From Rhina ancylostomus (taxonomy: Eukaryota), in contig JARFYF010000074.1 in NCBI GenBank assembly GCA_030265395.1, positions 29,805,645-29,869,644 of the forward strand: DNA of 64,000 nt. Direction: 5' to 3'. Shown here piece by piece: positions 1 to 13,499 of the stretch (positions are counted from its first letter, which is position 1; every line of letters starts with the position of its first letter). Both the position numbers and the translations under genes were made by a program. Under the pieces are notes generated by a model. That model made no database searches, was not told the origin of the DNA, and worked only from the letters and a program-made list of their open reading frames with translations.

Positions 1-225
1 ATTTAAGATCAGAGAGAATAATGGAGATTCAAAAATTTGAATTTGGAAGAAAAGGGAGACTTGGTAACAAGGTGGGTGGGATACGAGGCTTTAAATCTCC
101 TGCAAAGCCAAGAGCAACATCAGCAATGAGCTGAGTGGAAAGAATATCAGTAATGGAATAGGCATTTGAGGTGAGAAAATCTTTGCAACCTTACTCTGAA
201 TAAATAGTGAAAAATGTTTCCTCAG

Positions 226-475
226 GGCGGCATAGTAGCATAAAGGGCGGCACGGTAGCATAACGGTTAGCGCAACGCTATTTCAGTGTCATTTTTGATT
301 CCCGTCGCTGTCTGTAAGGAATTTGTACGTTCTCCCGTGTCTGCGTGGGTTTCCTCCGGGTGCTCCGGTGTCCTCCCACATTCCAAAGACGTACGGGTAG
401 ATTAATATGGGTTTAAAATTGGGCGGTGCAGACTCATTGGGCCGAAAGGGCCTGTTACCACGCTGTAAATAAAAT
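226..475 (+). mobile_element. tRNA-derived V-SINE (HE1-like) with a duplicated head
   Basis: Head GGGCGGCAyrGTAGCATAA occurs twice; V-domain TTTGTACGTTCTCCCGTGTCTGCGTGGGTTTCCTCCGGGTGCTCCGG..CCTCCCACATTCCAAAGACG. Confidence 0.85.
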
Positions 476-828
476 TTTTTTTAAATTATAAAATTTAAAT
501 TTAGAAGGGCTATTGGGGAACTATCGAACAGAAACCAGCGGAAAAACAAGACAGGAGGCGTCTCTTACTTGAACAAGGAGATTAAATCATGTAATTCTTC
601 CCACATATGATTATTGAGGTAAAGTTAATTAGAAAAGAAATGTAATAAATGTTCAAAAAGGAAAGATTTAAAGTGTTTAGAGGTACCACCACCGCTGAAA
701 GTTGAAGCTCCTCACCTCGTCCCTCATTGGTGCAAATCAGTGAAAATGTCCCCTTGACTCTGCTTTCAGTGACAATTTAGAAATGTTGCTGCTATATTGA
801 GTTCAGGATGCTCTGAATGCCCTGAAGT

Positions 829-915
829 ACTGAAATCAAAACAGAAATGCTGGAAAGATTCAGCAGGTCACAAAATATCTCAGCATAGAGAAACTAAATT
901 AATCTTCTTTGAAAT
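829..915 (-). mobile_element. Penelope-like element terminal fragment
   Basis: TGAAATCAAAACAGAAATGCTGGAAAGATTCAGCAGGTC is the reverse complement of the tail at 18070-18152. Confidence 0.6.
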
Positions 916-1261
916 TGAAAATAGGTGGAGATGAAACATTTTAAACAAGAGAGGGGAAAGTTGGTAAAAAAATGATCATATTAAATGATAAAAGAAGTGA
1001 TATCTTTCAGCCAAAGGGATGCTAAAAATGGTAAGAAATAAGAGTGCTCTAATCACTTTCACACAGAACAGAAACCCGAAACATTATCCAAAAGGGAATT
1101 AATTTGGATCATTTAAAAGTGATACCTTTTACGATGCAGGTTTCCAGCTAAAACAATATAAACGGATTAAAGGCTTACTACTAATCGTAGGTACTAGAAT
1201 ATTGATTCATTAGACTCTTTATTGGTTGTTAAATGACTGCCTATAACCGATGTTATTCTTA

Positions 1262-1679
1262 GTTACAAAGAAAATCTAAATATTTTGTTACCAGTGCAAG
1301 TTCAAAGAGCTGCCGTTATCTCATGCATTCTACGTCTCCTCACCACACCCCTCCCTTCATTTGGTTCCCTCTCTGTTCGGGGCAGTCATGTCGTCCTTGA
1401 AAGTTTTCGAACAAACGTTAGTGCAGAATCAGTACAAATATATCAACTGCAGTGAAATCAAACTTTATAATGTAAATGCAATTACGTGCGGACATTTCAC
1501 GTGTCAGATTGGAGTGTTGAAGGTTCCAGGACTGTCCCCAGGTTGAGCTGACATCTCCAATTCAAAGTAATTGGCGAAGTATCTCCAGTTTTCTCGCAAC
1601 GGTAACACATCAACCCGAGAACAGTGCTGCATAACACGAGTGTCAAAATGAACGGAAAGGAACTCTGACCGAAGCGCAT
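1262..1679 (-). pseudogene. Possible decayed Ly6/uPAR (three-finger) secreted-protein gene
   Basis: MRFGQSSFPFILTLVLCSTVLG signal-peptide-like stretch followed by LMCYRC. Further Cys motifs appear in shifted frames (VKCP, NCIY, FCTNVC), and DFLCN ends at 1262. Confidence 0.3.
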
Positions 1680-4139
1680 TGTTCTCTCGCTTCTGACTAT
1701 CATAGATTGAGCATACGTTATTTTGCTACAGTCAACGTGTATCCCTCCCATGCTTGCAGAAATTATTAAGGCATTCCACCTCTGTCACCGTTTATGATTA
1801 GTCTTCCCGTTTTTTGTTCAAGGCCGTTAGCGAGTTTTTTTTGTACCTTACACTTGTAGCGAGCTTTGCATACTATTGGTTGCGGAGAGTCCGATCTGCT
1901 TTTGGATGGGAGGCAGGGACTGGTCATAAATGTTGCAATCTTCTCCAGCAGGAAGGGCGCTAAACTAAGTGAACCAGTGCACATGGAGTGATATAATGGG
2001 GAAAAAGTAGAGAATACAAATTAGCTAACGAAACAAAACATTCAAATCTTGCACGATGAGTAAAATAATGCAATAGATAAAACATATATTCTAACATTTA
2101 CCAAATCAAGTTAACATTCAAAAGTGGAAGGATGTAGGAAAGCAAAATTACACTGTGAATTAGACTTTATACGTGCGTTTTATATTCCTGTAAAGCTGTA
2201 TGATAATTATCAACAATAATAATTCTGCTATACAAGAACATTTTGGTATTCGAGGTTAGCAAACGATTTTAATAGTAATCACTGATGGTTAATCTTTAAA
2301 ACTGCTGACAAGGATTCTCGCTCTTCACCAGATTAACAATGCCAGCTAAAGTGATAGCTCAGATATTTGAGAAATAAACAGTTTATAGATGTGCAGCGTC
2401 ATCAATTTTGATTCATTCTCCGCATTTTAGTGTCCTACTGATACGGCCGGGGGTCCTCAAAAGTGACCGGTAACTGAACATGTNNNNNNNNNNNNNNNNN
2501 NNNNNNNNNNNNNNNNNNNNNNNNNNNNNNNNNNNNNNNNNNNNNNNNNNNNNNNNNNNNNNNNNNNNNNNNNNNNNNNNNNNTAACTGAACATGTATAT
2601 CATTAGTTATTGATTTCAATCAGAAGCTAATTCTTTTACATATCCGACTGCAAGTAATGCAACACATAAAGGTAAATATGTCAACAGTGGTTGATTACGG
2701 GTGATAATAAACTCAAACCTTCAGCAGACCCTACAGCTGAACCCGAAGTGCCCGCCAGTTTTACAGAACAGACCGAATTCGGTGTGTGGGTCAGCTCCCG
2801 ACTCCCCAAGAATTGCTGCAGTCCTCGTTTGCTCTGAGCAGGTTTTGGATGACGGGTTGAAAAGGCTCGGTCTGGATATACTTAGTTTATCATTGAGTAG
2901 TCTGGAGAAGACGGTGCTCCTCCGAATCCCTCAAAAAAAATCTGGACTGCCACCCATGCCTTCATTTCCATCCTTTACTACCTTCACGGCGACCACCAAA
3001 GCCACTGTTATAATCCTTGATTCACCAAAACGTCAGAGCTCCCCGCCAGAAGTAAATGAGACCGAGCAGCAAAATTATGGCCATCTCTGCCGCGACGGAA
3101 AGTGGCTGGAAAATAATTGTGCGTTCCGATGATTCACTATCGCCAATTTAATAGGAATACAGCTTGTTATACTTGCACCGAACGATTTCTTTATGCAAAT
3201 CACACGGGTTAAAGCAACCCGGTTCCCATTTTGAGGGTGAATGTCCATGTTATATATTAATTTTAGAACAACAAATCCCTGGCGGACCCCAATTTAGTGA
3301 ACAGTTTAGATAACCTAATAGAAATCCCACGATGCTGCCTGATGCAATGTTAAATGCAGCTCCTTTCTCTTAAATACAGATGAAATGTATGAAAGTACAC
3401 GTTTCCTTTGNNNNNNNNNNNNNNNNNNNNNNNNNNNNNNNNNNNNNNNNNNNNNNNNNNNNNNNNNNNNNNNNNNNNNNNNNNNNNNNNNNNNNNNNNN
3501 NNNNNNNNNNNNNNNNNNNNNNNNNNNNNNNNNNNNNNNNNNNNNNNNNNNNNNNNNNNNNNNNNNNNNNNNNNNNNNNNNNNNNNNNNNNNNNNNNNNN
3601 NNNNNNNNNNNNNNNNNNNNCCCCGCCACCCCCAATTGCAATTTAACATACTGCAGCATTTCGTACCTCCTGACGAGCCATCTATCCCTTGACACGGTAA
3701 CAAAAAAAATTGTTATACCTTCTACGGTATTTAATGTGCCTTGGTATACATAGACAAATAATTAAAGTTGAGGTTGTGTTGTTCCCATTGATTTGTACTG
3801 CATAGGAATTTTATAGTTATTCCTTACTAAAGCATTTACCGTAAGATCACAAGTCATTGTAACGCTGCAAGGTTCTTGTTCATGGAGCATAAAATAACCG
3901 ATATTATTTGAATCGAAAGTAGCAAAATAAACTCTAAAATCGACATTAGCAGCCTGTCTTGGATCAAAATCACGCTCAATTACATCATATTTAAATTGAA
4001 ACAGAATTAAAATGATACCGAGGTTGAAGACCAAACAGACATTTAAAATAAAAATCCGTTTTTTGTATCCCCCGGCTTATCGACATGGTTCTTTGAAGCT
4101 GCTTTCCAGCTTCGTCTAATTTCAGGACGTTATGCAATT

Positions 4140-4275
4140 CCCAGCGGCCGAATGTACGGCCAGTCACAGGTGCCGAGGCCGGGGCCGGAGTCGCTGCCGC
4201 CCCCGCTGCCCTGCTCTCGGGGGCCGGGCTCTCTGTCCGAGCCGCAATGTGACCAGGCTCGGCTAGCGCCCGCTC
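4140..4275. promoter_or_regulatory. GC/CpG-rich core of a CpG-island-like region (~1.3-5.6 kb); probable promoter or first exon of a neighbouring gene
   Basis: Dense CpG and GC tracts (GGCCGGGGCCGG, CGCCCCCGC) against an AT-rich, CpG-depleted background. Confidence 0.55.
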
Positions 4276-5964
4276 ATTACCACTGTTGCACTGAGTGAAA
4301 AACAAAAAATATCCACAAGATGGAGTCAAGCGAGGAAAAGAGATTCAAAATGGACCAAAATTGGCAGAAAAAAATGATCGTAAGCACTTGCGCCAGTCTG
4401 GGTTTACAGCTCAGCACGGGTCTGCCTCCTTCCTTGTATTGTAGGATTGTGACCTAAAATGACCAGGAATACTGTTCCTCGCGGGATGGACAGATTTTAT
4501 GAACACCGATTTCATTCATAGTTGTCATTTTATTTGTCCGAAACCATACGTAATCACTTCTGACCCAGCACCGCTAGACTTGAAAGATTAGTGGCACCAG
4601 CAACAGCGGGTTGAAAGGATATTCACAGTCACTTTAAAAGCGGATTTACCTGCAAAACAAATGTTTATGCTACGTAGAAAACATCGCGCAATTCTGTAAA
4701 TCACAGTCTGCATAAAACTTACGTCTGTTACTTTTGTTCTCGAATGCATTCGAGCAACATCGATTGACAAGAGCGGTTTTCAGATCCGCTTAAATTCCCA
4801 GTCAGGTCTAACGTTAATTTTGGAGCAGCGTTATAATATCGCGAAATATTATTGTTGCGAAAGGTACATCCTGGGTTGCAAATGGTTAAAGTGTAACCTT
4901 CATTGGTAAATTATTTTCATTTCATTCCGGGTTCTTCATTTTAAGGAGAGTTTAAAAACCTTGGCTACGATTCAGTCGATGCTCATATCGTATGGATTTG
5001 GTTGTAAACAAAGTCTTTCGCACGTCAGATTTGTAATGAATGATTGGGCAACATCTGATTGAAAAGGTAGAAATACAAAAGATAAAAATAAACTCTGGCA
5101 CATAAAACCCCAGATATATTTTGCAGCGTAGTGCGAATCAGAGAGCTTGGACGTTTAAAAGGTGGTATTCTCCAACGGAAACATCCTTGGAAGTACATGA
5201 CATGTCAAATATGCGTCTTTGGGTCACATGGCATGTGTAGATGCTCCAGCTTTCATGAAACTTTGGTCTTGTGTAGTTCAGTACCTCTATTTGCGATTTC
5301 GCGTCAGGAGCTGCTCGATAAGAAATTCCAAGAAGCAGCCCAAAGAAAACCAACGACCGAACGGCGCGCGAGATGTTAACAGAGGGAACCGGAGGCGAAA
5401 GGAACTAATTTTTACATTGAAATCGCATTGATTAGTAACAGTAATTCTGGCGATTCTCAATTTTCGGCTGCTCGAACTTCACGTGTCAAGATCAGTTCAC
5501 AAACTGAGCTGAACTAAACTAAGAAATCACATAAAGAGCAATGGGTTCAGTCGATGGGCTACTTTTCACAGGGCGCATCAGACGCAGCGCATATATTCCT
5601 AAACAGTCTCCTGGCTTGGGCTCAAAGGTTACAATGATCATAAGATGATAGAAATGACAAGACTCTGGGGAGGTCTTGTGGATGTGCTGTGATCTCTATT
5701 TTGCCATCTTATTCTTCTTAGACAACTTTGTTTAAAAAATCGAAAAAGAGATATTTTCTATTTTTAATTATGTTATCAGCATTACCTTAATAACTGTGGT
5801 AGTAAAGCATACCATAACATAATGACGTTCAGTCCAAGAATGTAATTCTGTCCAGAAAAGTGTGAAGTAATGCACCTTGTGAAGGCAAGAAATTGCATGT
5901 AAAATAGTGGGATTCTTTGAAGCACAGAGAAAACTTTTATATTTCTATAGATCCCTGAAGGCAC

Positions 5965-6530
5965 AAGATAGATTAGATAAGGTGGTTAAGAAGGTACTTG
6001 CCTTTTGTGAACAAGGTTTAGAATACAAATTAGGGGAGGCCATGTTAGAACTGTGTTAAACACTAAGTAGGCCACAGCCACAGTGCTGTGAACAGTCTAG
6101 TTAGCACACCACAGGAAGTATGTGAAAGCACCAGAGAGGGTGCAGAGAAGATCTGAAGATGTTGCTAGGATTTGAGATTTATATTTAGATGAGGGAGATT
6201 GCAAAGCTGAACTTATTTTCTTTGGAACAAAGGAAAGAATTTAAAAGAAATGGTAGAATTTTGAGAGGTCTAGACAGTGGACAGAAATGATCTGTTTTAC
6301 TTAGCAGAAAAGACAAGAACTAGGGGGCTTAGAGTTAAATTAAGTGGTAGAAGAATGCAAGGGGGATTTAAAAAACTCGATCAGTAGTGGGGTCTGAATT
6401 TACTTCTTGAAAAAAGTGGTGAGACAGAAACCTTCACTGCGTGGATGAGCATTTGCTATGGAACAAGAGATGGGAGGTGGTATTAACCTAAAGTCCATAT
6501 TGATCAGAATGGTCTCTGTGCTATGAATCT
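5965..6530 (+). mobile_element. CR1-type LINE 3' fragment
   Basis: GATAAGGTGGTTAAGAAG..GAATACAAA..GAGAGGGTGCAGAGAAGAT..CTAGGGGG, typical of the CR1 ORF2 end. Confidence 0.75.
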
Positions 6531-7204
6531 CTCTGAAGGACATTCCTTCTCTCTTCCCCTTTGATTCTTCTAGCTCAACTCCTTTTTTATATGTTCCTCA
6601 TTCCATCACAATTAAGTCCTCACATTTCACTCACCCCTTTGTTCTTGTGCTCCTCTCTTGCTTCCATTGGGAATGCTTCCATTTATCCCTTTGCTCTGTT
6701 GTTGTGCCTGGATCTTCAGGAAATACTGCTCACAAGCACCCAACCCCATTCTCCTGTCTTCCTTTTTCTATTGGATCTATTTATGGGGAATGAACCAGAG
6801 CAGGTAAGAGCAGTAAAGTAAAACATCTAGGTAAGTGTCTATAATACAGTTCTTTGAGAATAATTGATAAGGACATAAGTATGACAAAGACCAGATTGGA
6901 AAAAGTTTCATTTGAAGAGTTGAGAATAGATTATGTAAAATAAAAAAAATATTGACAAACAATGTAGAACAGCAATGGGAAACTTTTCAAATGGTGTTCG
7001 TAGACTTTTAAAAAATTCTGTTGATAAACAAGAACAAACCAGTGGGAGACAAAGAATGAAGAAAGGCACAAGGGTTAAACAATGTAAATTAAAGATCAAA
7101 TACCAAGTAGATGGACAACATGGATCAGTATGGCAAGAGAGAAGTGATTAAAAAAATAAGGTATCAACAGGAACTATAAAATTAAAATATTAAGGAACAT
7201 AAGG

Positions 7205-7600
7205 GAACAGTAACATAATAATTAAGTTACTGGTCTAACAGCCAGAATTCTGGACTGTTGATCCAGTGACACGAGTTCAAACCCCACAGCAACAGCTGGG
7301 GCATTTAAATTCACGTAACTAAATAAAATCTGGAATTTAGATAAGTTAGTTCAGTAATAGTAACCACAAAACTATTGGATTGTCAGAAAACAAAGCCACC
7401 TGGTTCACTCATGTTCTTCAGGAAGGAAATCCGCTGTTCTTTTTCACCTATATGAGACCAGACCCACCCACATGGTTGGCTTCTGTCTCTTCATTTTAGG
7501 GGGCACGAGAGGGTGGACAATACATGCCACAAGGACTGTGTGTGTGGCTTAAACATTATCAACTGTCAGTGATATCCGCAACCCATGAATAAATAAGGAA
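7205..7600 (+). mobile_element. tRNA-derived chondrichthyan SINE
   Basis: B-box-like GAGTTCAAACCCC, body AAATTC..AATAAAATCTGGAATT..CTGGTTCACT..AGGAAGGAAATC and a LINE-like tail. Confidence 0.65.
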
Positions 7601-8966
7601 CAAAAAAATTAAAGTATTTTATAGCCTCAAAAGAAAAAGAGCCACAAAGAGGCAGTCAGGATAAAATCAAGCAGTGATGGGGAAAAGACATAAATATTAA
7701 ATTATTCCTTTAGTATTTACCAGGGAGTTAAGTCAGATGGATATGATGCAAAGCATATATAAAATAATGAGGAGAAATATTAAACAACTAGTCAAATTCA
7801 GAGGATAAACCCTGAGTCTGGGTGGATTATTTAATTTTAAAAGAATACAGGGATGAATGGACATTAATTCATCAGAAAATAGGAAGTACCAGGGGACCTT
7901 ACTTCTCCATTACATTTGATGGCATGAATATTGCCAGATACACATTGCGAGGGAGTCAATATATACCAGAGACTTAATTGGACCAGTCACATAAAATAGA
8001 TAGCTACAGGAATAGGTCAGAGGCTGCTTATTCTGTACCAAGTCACTCACCTCCAAATTTCTCTCAGCTTTTCCATTATGTACAAAGCACAAGACAGGAG
8101 TATGATAGAATACTCTCCAATAGCTTTGGTGAAAAGATTAAAGAGCAAACTTCAGACAGGATCTTGTAAGGGCTCTGTCTAATTGAAACAATATTTTATC
8201 CTTTTTGTATTTTTTAAATGACGACCATCCTTGTAGTCTTTGGATTATTTTATATCCATGCCCTGGATATTAGTAATTTATATACCTAGATATTTAAATG
8301 CCATTGCTCTCCCTAATGTGTCAGAATCTTTTTAACTCATGCTCCAGCTTAATGCTTTTGAGCTGTAGTGACTCAAGAAATAAAAGTTTCTCATGTTTAA
8401 TCAAGATCAGTCCACAAATCCTCATATTCTACAGTCCCAACATACTACCCAGGCTGCCATTATCTGCTCTATACTTATTTTATGCTCGTTATTTACCTCG
8501 ATTTTTATCAGATTAATATAATCTGGCTTTCATTTGTTATGACATTTTAGTAGCTATTGTATTTACATAAAATACTTTCTTTTGGTCTTGCACTTTGTAC
8601 GCAGTTTTAAAAAATTAGTCACTTTAATCTCTTATTCCTTAGATTTGACCAATGCAGAGAAAGGAGCAGATATGATATAGCTTTTCAGATTCTTCACTAT
8701 ATTTGTTTCAGTTCTGCCATCACTTTGATATGCTGTGATCTTTTTAAATAGTCTTACAGGGTATGTTCAGACCTGTCATACATTTGCTGAATTTTGCAGT
8801 TATTATGCCCAGGATAAAATATGGTGATAGAGGAGATTGAGATGATAAAACCATTATAGTTATAATAGTAATTGTCTGCACTAAAGATTTTTTAAAAAAA
8901 AGTCACAACATGAAATTAATATTATGGAGACTTAAATAGAAGGCAGAATCAGCATCAGGTACTTAC

Positions 8967-9024
8967 CTGTAGTGCCAGAACCAGAGTGAAGGGCCCCCAC
9001 TTTTTGACAAAGAAATTATTTTTG
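8967..9024 (-). other. 58-nt exon-like segment with strong splice sites
   Basis: TTGCATTTTCCTGTAG| acceptor and CAG|GTAAGT donor. An upstream donor AAG|GTATGT lies at 9363/9362. Product unknown. Confidence 0.35.
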
Positions 9025-11279
9025 CTACAGGAAAATGCAATCACATTTAAATCATTTGTTAAATATAACTTTTTATTATTTTTAGCAGTTATCATTTGCA
9101 ATATATTTTAATAATCTTTCTCAGTACTGTCCACTGTTTTGTGGATTTTCCACCCCTGTACCACCCCTCCCAATAATGCTCCCAACTCTCCCCATCCAAC
9201 TTTTATATCCTGCCACTTTTGGTGCTTGCAAATCAGATTAGATTGGTGATATAGCTGTTTTTAATGTGCATACATTTAGTATATGCCTGATTATCATGTA
9301 AAGTATTAAAAATCCACAGCATATTTTTATAAAACTGTGCTAAATGCTTTGAGGTCACATACCTTAGGCAGTATTCATCTCTCAAGATCATTCCTTCTAA
9401 NNNNNNNNNNNNNNNNNNNNNNNNNNNNNNNNNNNNNNNNNNNNNNNNNNNNNNNNNNNNNNNNNNNNNNNNNNNNNNNNNNNNNNNNNNNNNNNNNNNN
9501 NNNNNNNNNNNNNNNNNNNNNNNNNNNNNNNNNNNNNNNNNNNNNNNNNNNNNNNNNNNNNNNNNNNNNNNNNNNNNNNNNNNNNNNNNNNNNNNNNNNN
9601 NNNNNNNNNNNNNNNNNNNNNNNNNNNNNNNNNNNNNNNNNNNNNNNNNNNTTCCAGTGAAATTTGTAAACTTTTGTCCAGCAGCTGTAGGCAATACTTT
9701 CGACATCACCAATGATTTGTGCAAGATGTGCTAGACTGGCCACTAACATCCATCTAAACAGTGGTTGGATGCTGCTTGCACTGTAAAGCTAGTTGTTGGG
9801 AGTTGGGTTTCCAGGCTTGAGCAATTATTCTGTTCATCAGCCTCCTAGTGTTCGAGAGTGCCAAAGTTAGACATTTCTACCCTTGTTACACATCAAGGGA
9901 GGGAAGGGCACACAACAGTCAAAAAACAAACAAGCTTTTCATTAGCAAACAAACAAAATAGCCCAAAATGCACAAACCACACAAATAGGAGTACTAAGCA
10001 CCCAATGTTGTAGATTTAAGGCAGAGAGCAACAGGGTTTTAGATATTGAGGGAATCAAGGGGTATGAGGTGAGTGAACGAAAGTGATGTTGAACAGGAAC
10101 GGTGAAAAAATTGCAGCTAATCAATTCAAGAACACACCTTTAATACACAAAAAAGAATTACGTGGATGCTGATCCAACATAACCACTTATTTATATTTAT
10201 ATTAATTGAATTCAATATTTATTACATAAGATTCTGAAAACTTTATCTATGTTGAGATTGTATCTGTTTGTAATTAGAACCATATATTTATAGTGATTGA
10301 GTTAGATTTCATTTTATTACATGGGTATTTGGGATCATTAATATTCTTGCGATTGAAATTCATGATTTTTCTGTGAAAGCAGAATCTTCATCAGAATTTT
10401 AAGGAAACTTGATTTACAATGAAGTTCCCTACTGAAAATTCAAGTATATTTCGATACACAGAGCACATTAAGTGATTCATTTTAATGTTGTATACATTTT
10501 CAACTGCAATTCAGTAAAGTGTAGATCAACAAAGGAGAGTGTACTTTTATCCAAATTTATTTGGAGATAAAGAGCTAGAATTAAACATTCAGTGGTAATT
10601 ATACATCTAAACACTATGATTTAATATTGACTTGTTTGTATTTTTTAAAAAAATAATTTCACAATGAAAGATTACAACCAAATCAGCACGATATGCTTAT
10701 TTTTTTGGATAATATCATTCGTAAAATCTTCCGCACATTTGTAAGGGAGTTGATTTGGTTCAATTATTTTTTTGTATCTACTTTCAGTAATATTGCCATG
10801 TATAATAATTTGGTGCAAGATGCCAATCAATTTTGAAACATTTATAGACCGATCATATCTTTTATTAAACTTAGCTGCAAGTCAAAAAGGTTAAAATATG
10901 ATTTTTCATCAAATTTACTTTCATTTTGATTCTCATCTCTCAGAGCTGCCCTATAGATCATGAGTCAGGTTGGTAAAACTATATTATATATAAATTTTAC
11001 TCCTATGGCAGTATCTGTGGGCACATATGTACAAATCTGTTTTTAAGTTATACATAATTTTTAAATGTTTGACAATCATATTTGTACATTAAAAATCTTG
11101 TGCATAGGGATATTCATTTTGTGTGTCACATTTACATTAGAATTGTTTGCATAACATTTTGCAATGAGAGCTGTAATGGATTTCATTAAGATCTCAATAC
11201 TTACCTGCAACACTAAATTGTAATTATCTGGCATGTCACCAGGAGACACTACCTTTTCCCTACTTTCTTGGGAAACTGA

Positions 11280-11846
11280 AGAATTTGTCCATTGCTTTCT
11301 ATTCTCAGTAACTCAAACCTATAATGTCTGAAATATGCAAAATAAAATTATTTACTTACATGTTTTCTAATAATGAGCAAGTATTCAACTTAAATTTTCT
11401 TTAAATAAAACATTTATTAAAGATATTCAAAAGCATTAGCTCTCCTAAAATCCTGCAGTTTAACAAATTTTATTTCCAGAACCATGACTCTGTCATTAAA
11501 GACATACCATGCTGTCTGATAGTGTGTACAATTTTCCAGGTTGCACTGGCAGCATTTAAGTCAGGTGAGCCACTGAGACATCCTTCAACATCTACCAATT
11601 TCTTGTCAATTGTTTTTCAACATCATTTCAAGAAACATTGGATGATGGAGTGACTTTTTTTAATTGACAAGAAATGTGCTTCTACGGGAGAGAAATAATG
11701 ACAAACTATTGTTTACACGATGGTTACAGATTCTTCCTTGCATGTTCAGAAAGTAGATCAGCCACCTGGGCTCAAAATTGTTGTTTGCCAGATTTGGTTT
11801 TACACAGCAGCAAGTTGAACACCTACCCATATTATCTTTCCTCATC
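11280..11846 (-). pseudogene. TOPAZ1-like C-terminal domain, terminal block
   Basis: Acceptor-like TTAG|GAT at 11846. YG*VFNLLL ~ YSLLFNKLL; VAD/FL ~ VAEFM; LSRRSTFL ~ LGRSRLWL; KSHSIIQCF ~ KSALSLGCY; KKLVDVEGCLS ~ RKLLLIPSYLS; AFEYL ~ AVERL; ENRKQW ~ ENMKW. The span of 543 nt is close to the ~185 aa recalled for TOPAZ1. Confidence 0.72.
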
Positions 11847-12497
11847 CTAATATGAATTGATTTTAAAATAGCTAAATATTAATGCAAATGGAATTACCAA
11901 TATTATCACTTGACTTTCATTGCTGGTTAGAAACTGCAAACACAATAAGCATTAAATACTGTCATGTAAGGAGAAGATTTTCTCAATTAAATTTGAGTTC
12001 TATCAAATGAAAAACATTTAAACTTTAAAAAACCAATAGTTATCACCAAAATTTGATGAATGATTTGAACATTTACATTTTCTAACAGCAATTAATTAGA
12101 AACATAATTGAAAGTTTAGAAACATAATTATAAGTTAAACAGGCACAGAGACACACTTGTAAAAGATTCATAAAACACTACATTTTATGTCTGCATTTAT
12201 CTTTTAAAATTCAAAAAATAGTGCTACTACATAAAGCATTCAATAGTACTGTCAGGTGCACACCAAGAATGACTTCCAAAACTTGTATCCACCTCAAGAG
12301 GTGCCAGATATTAGGTTAGCCTTCCACAGTTCTACAAACTTGGCTGTCCTGTACATTTACCCTGGTCCCACTAAACACGAAGCCCCATTTTAATAATAAC
12401 AAATTTCAGTATCTCCAACTAAGCTTCACCAAACACCACACCACTTCCTAATACTACATTCTCCAATACTTTCAAAGTGCATTAAATTAATGGCATT

Positions 12498-12645
12498 CTG
12501 AAATAAAAATGAAAATGATGAAATTACTGAACCAAGTCATGAAGCATCAGTGGAAAAAGGAAATAATATTGGATGCTAATTCAGCCTCAGGCCTGAAATA
12601 TTAACCTTTTTTCTTCCTTTCTGTTCTGAGCATGCACAGCATTTG
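12498..12645 (-). mobile_element. Penelope-like terminal fragment(s)
   Basis: Degenerate copy of the CTGAAATAAAAA..GAAAATG..GCATC..TGGA tail. Confidence 0.5.
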
Positions 12646-13499
12646 CTAACTGCAGAAACGCCCAAGAAATATAACTCAACAATTGGGTGTTTCCAAATGT
12701 CCAATATCAACCTACAACTGGTGCCATTGTGAGCTGTGTATTCTCAAGTTTGAAACATTTAAAGATAAAAATTAAATGCTATTATAATAAAGGAAATCCA
12801 TTTATGATTTTCATAGAATAATGAACAATGTTCCGGAGAACTTTGGAGTTTAATCATCAGTACACGAGTAAAGATCGCTATCAATAATGTTTTAAGATAT
12901 CATTTGTTTCAGTCACTTGTCAGCTTTGATGGGTTTATTCCCATTATCATTTAAAGCAGAATATAAAGGAAACACACATCTTAGTACATTTTATAAGAGT
13001 ATACCTAATGATATAAACTGATTGTAAAAATCAAACCTCATTTCTCTCTCTTTTAAATTGGCATTCAAATTGTTTTTGATATTACTAGTTTTTTAAAGGA
13101 AGTCCCTATACAGTCCTCATTTTGCTCCAATTATATTGAATTGCGGTATTGCTACAACATGTAATCTTTAACCCATTTTGTAGTTTTTCATTTTTTTGAA
13201 TAATGTATTTTAAAATGGCCAAACTTGTATTCAGGGTCAAGTTTAGTATTACTTTCCCCTTAGGAATATAAGGTGCTTTAGACATCTTAATCATACAATA
13301 AAGGTTGTGCAAAATTGGAGATTAAAATATGAAATTATTTAAGTATTCACCATTGGTCATATATTACTTCTCACCACTCATGATAAGGTTATATGTAAAT
13401 CAAGGGCCACGGCAATGTGCATTAAAGATTGTTTAAATTATCTGACCTTACAAGTAGGTACAAAATCATAAAAATTCAGATGTCAGCACATAAAGGTAT

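Noticed and set aside
226-310. tRNA gene
   Set aside because: It is the tRNA-derived head of a V-SINE, not a full cloverleaf.
3315-3753. ORFs in the track spanning N runs (also 9233-9749, 20815-21357, 52574-53029)
   Set aside because: They are open only because of the Ns.
12240-12500. Minus-strand exon after a TTTTTATTTCAG acceptor
   Set aside because: The acceptor-like text is the Penelope tail, and no sustained frame follows.
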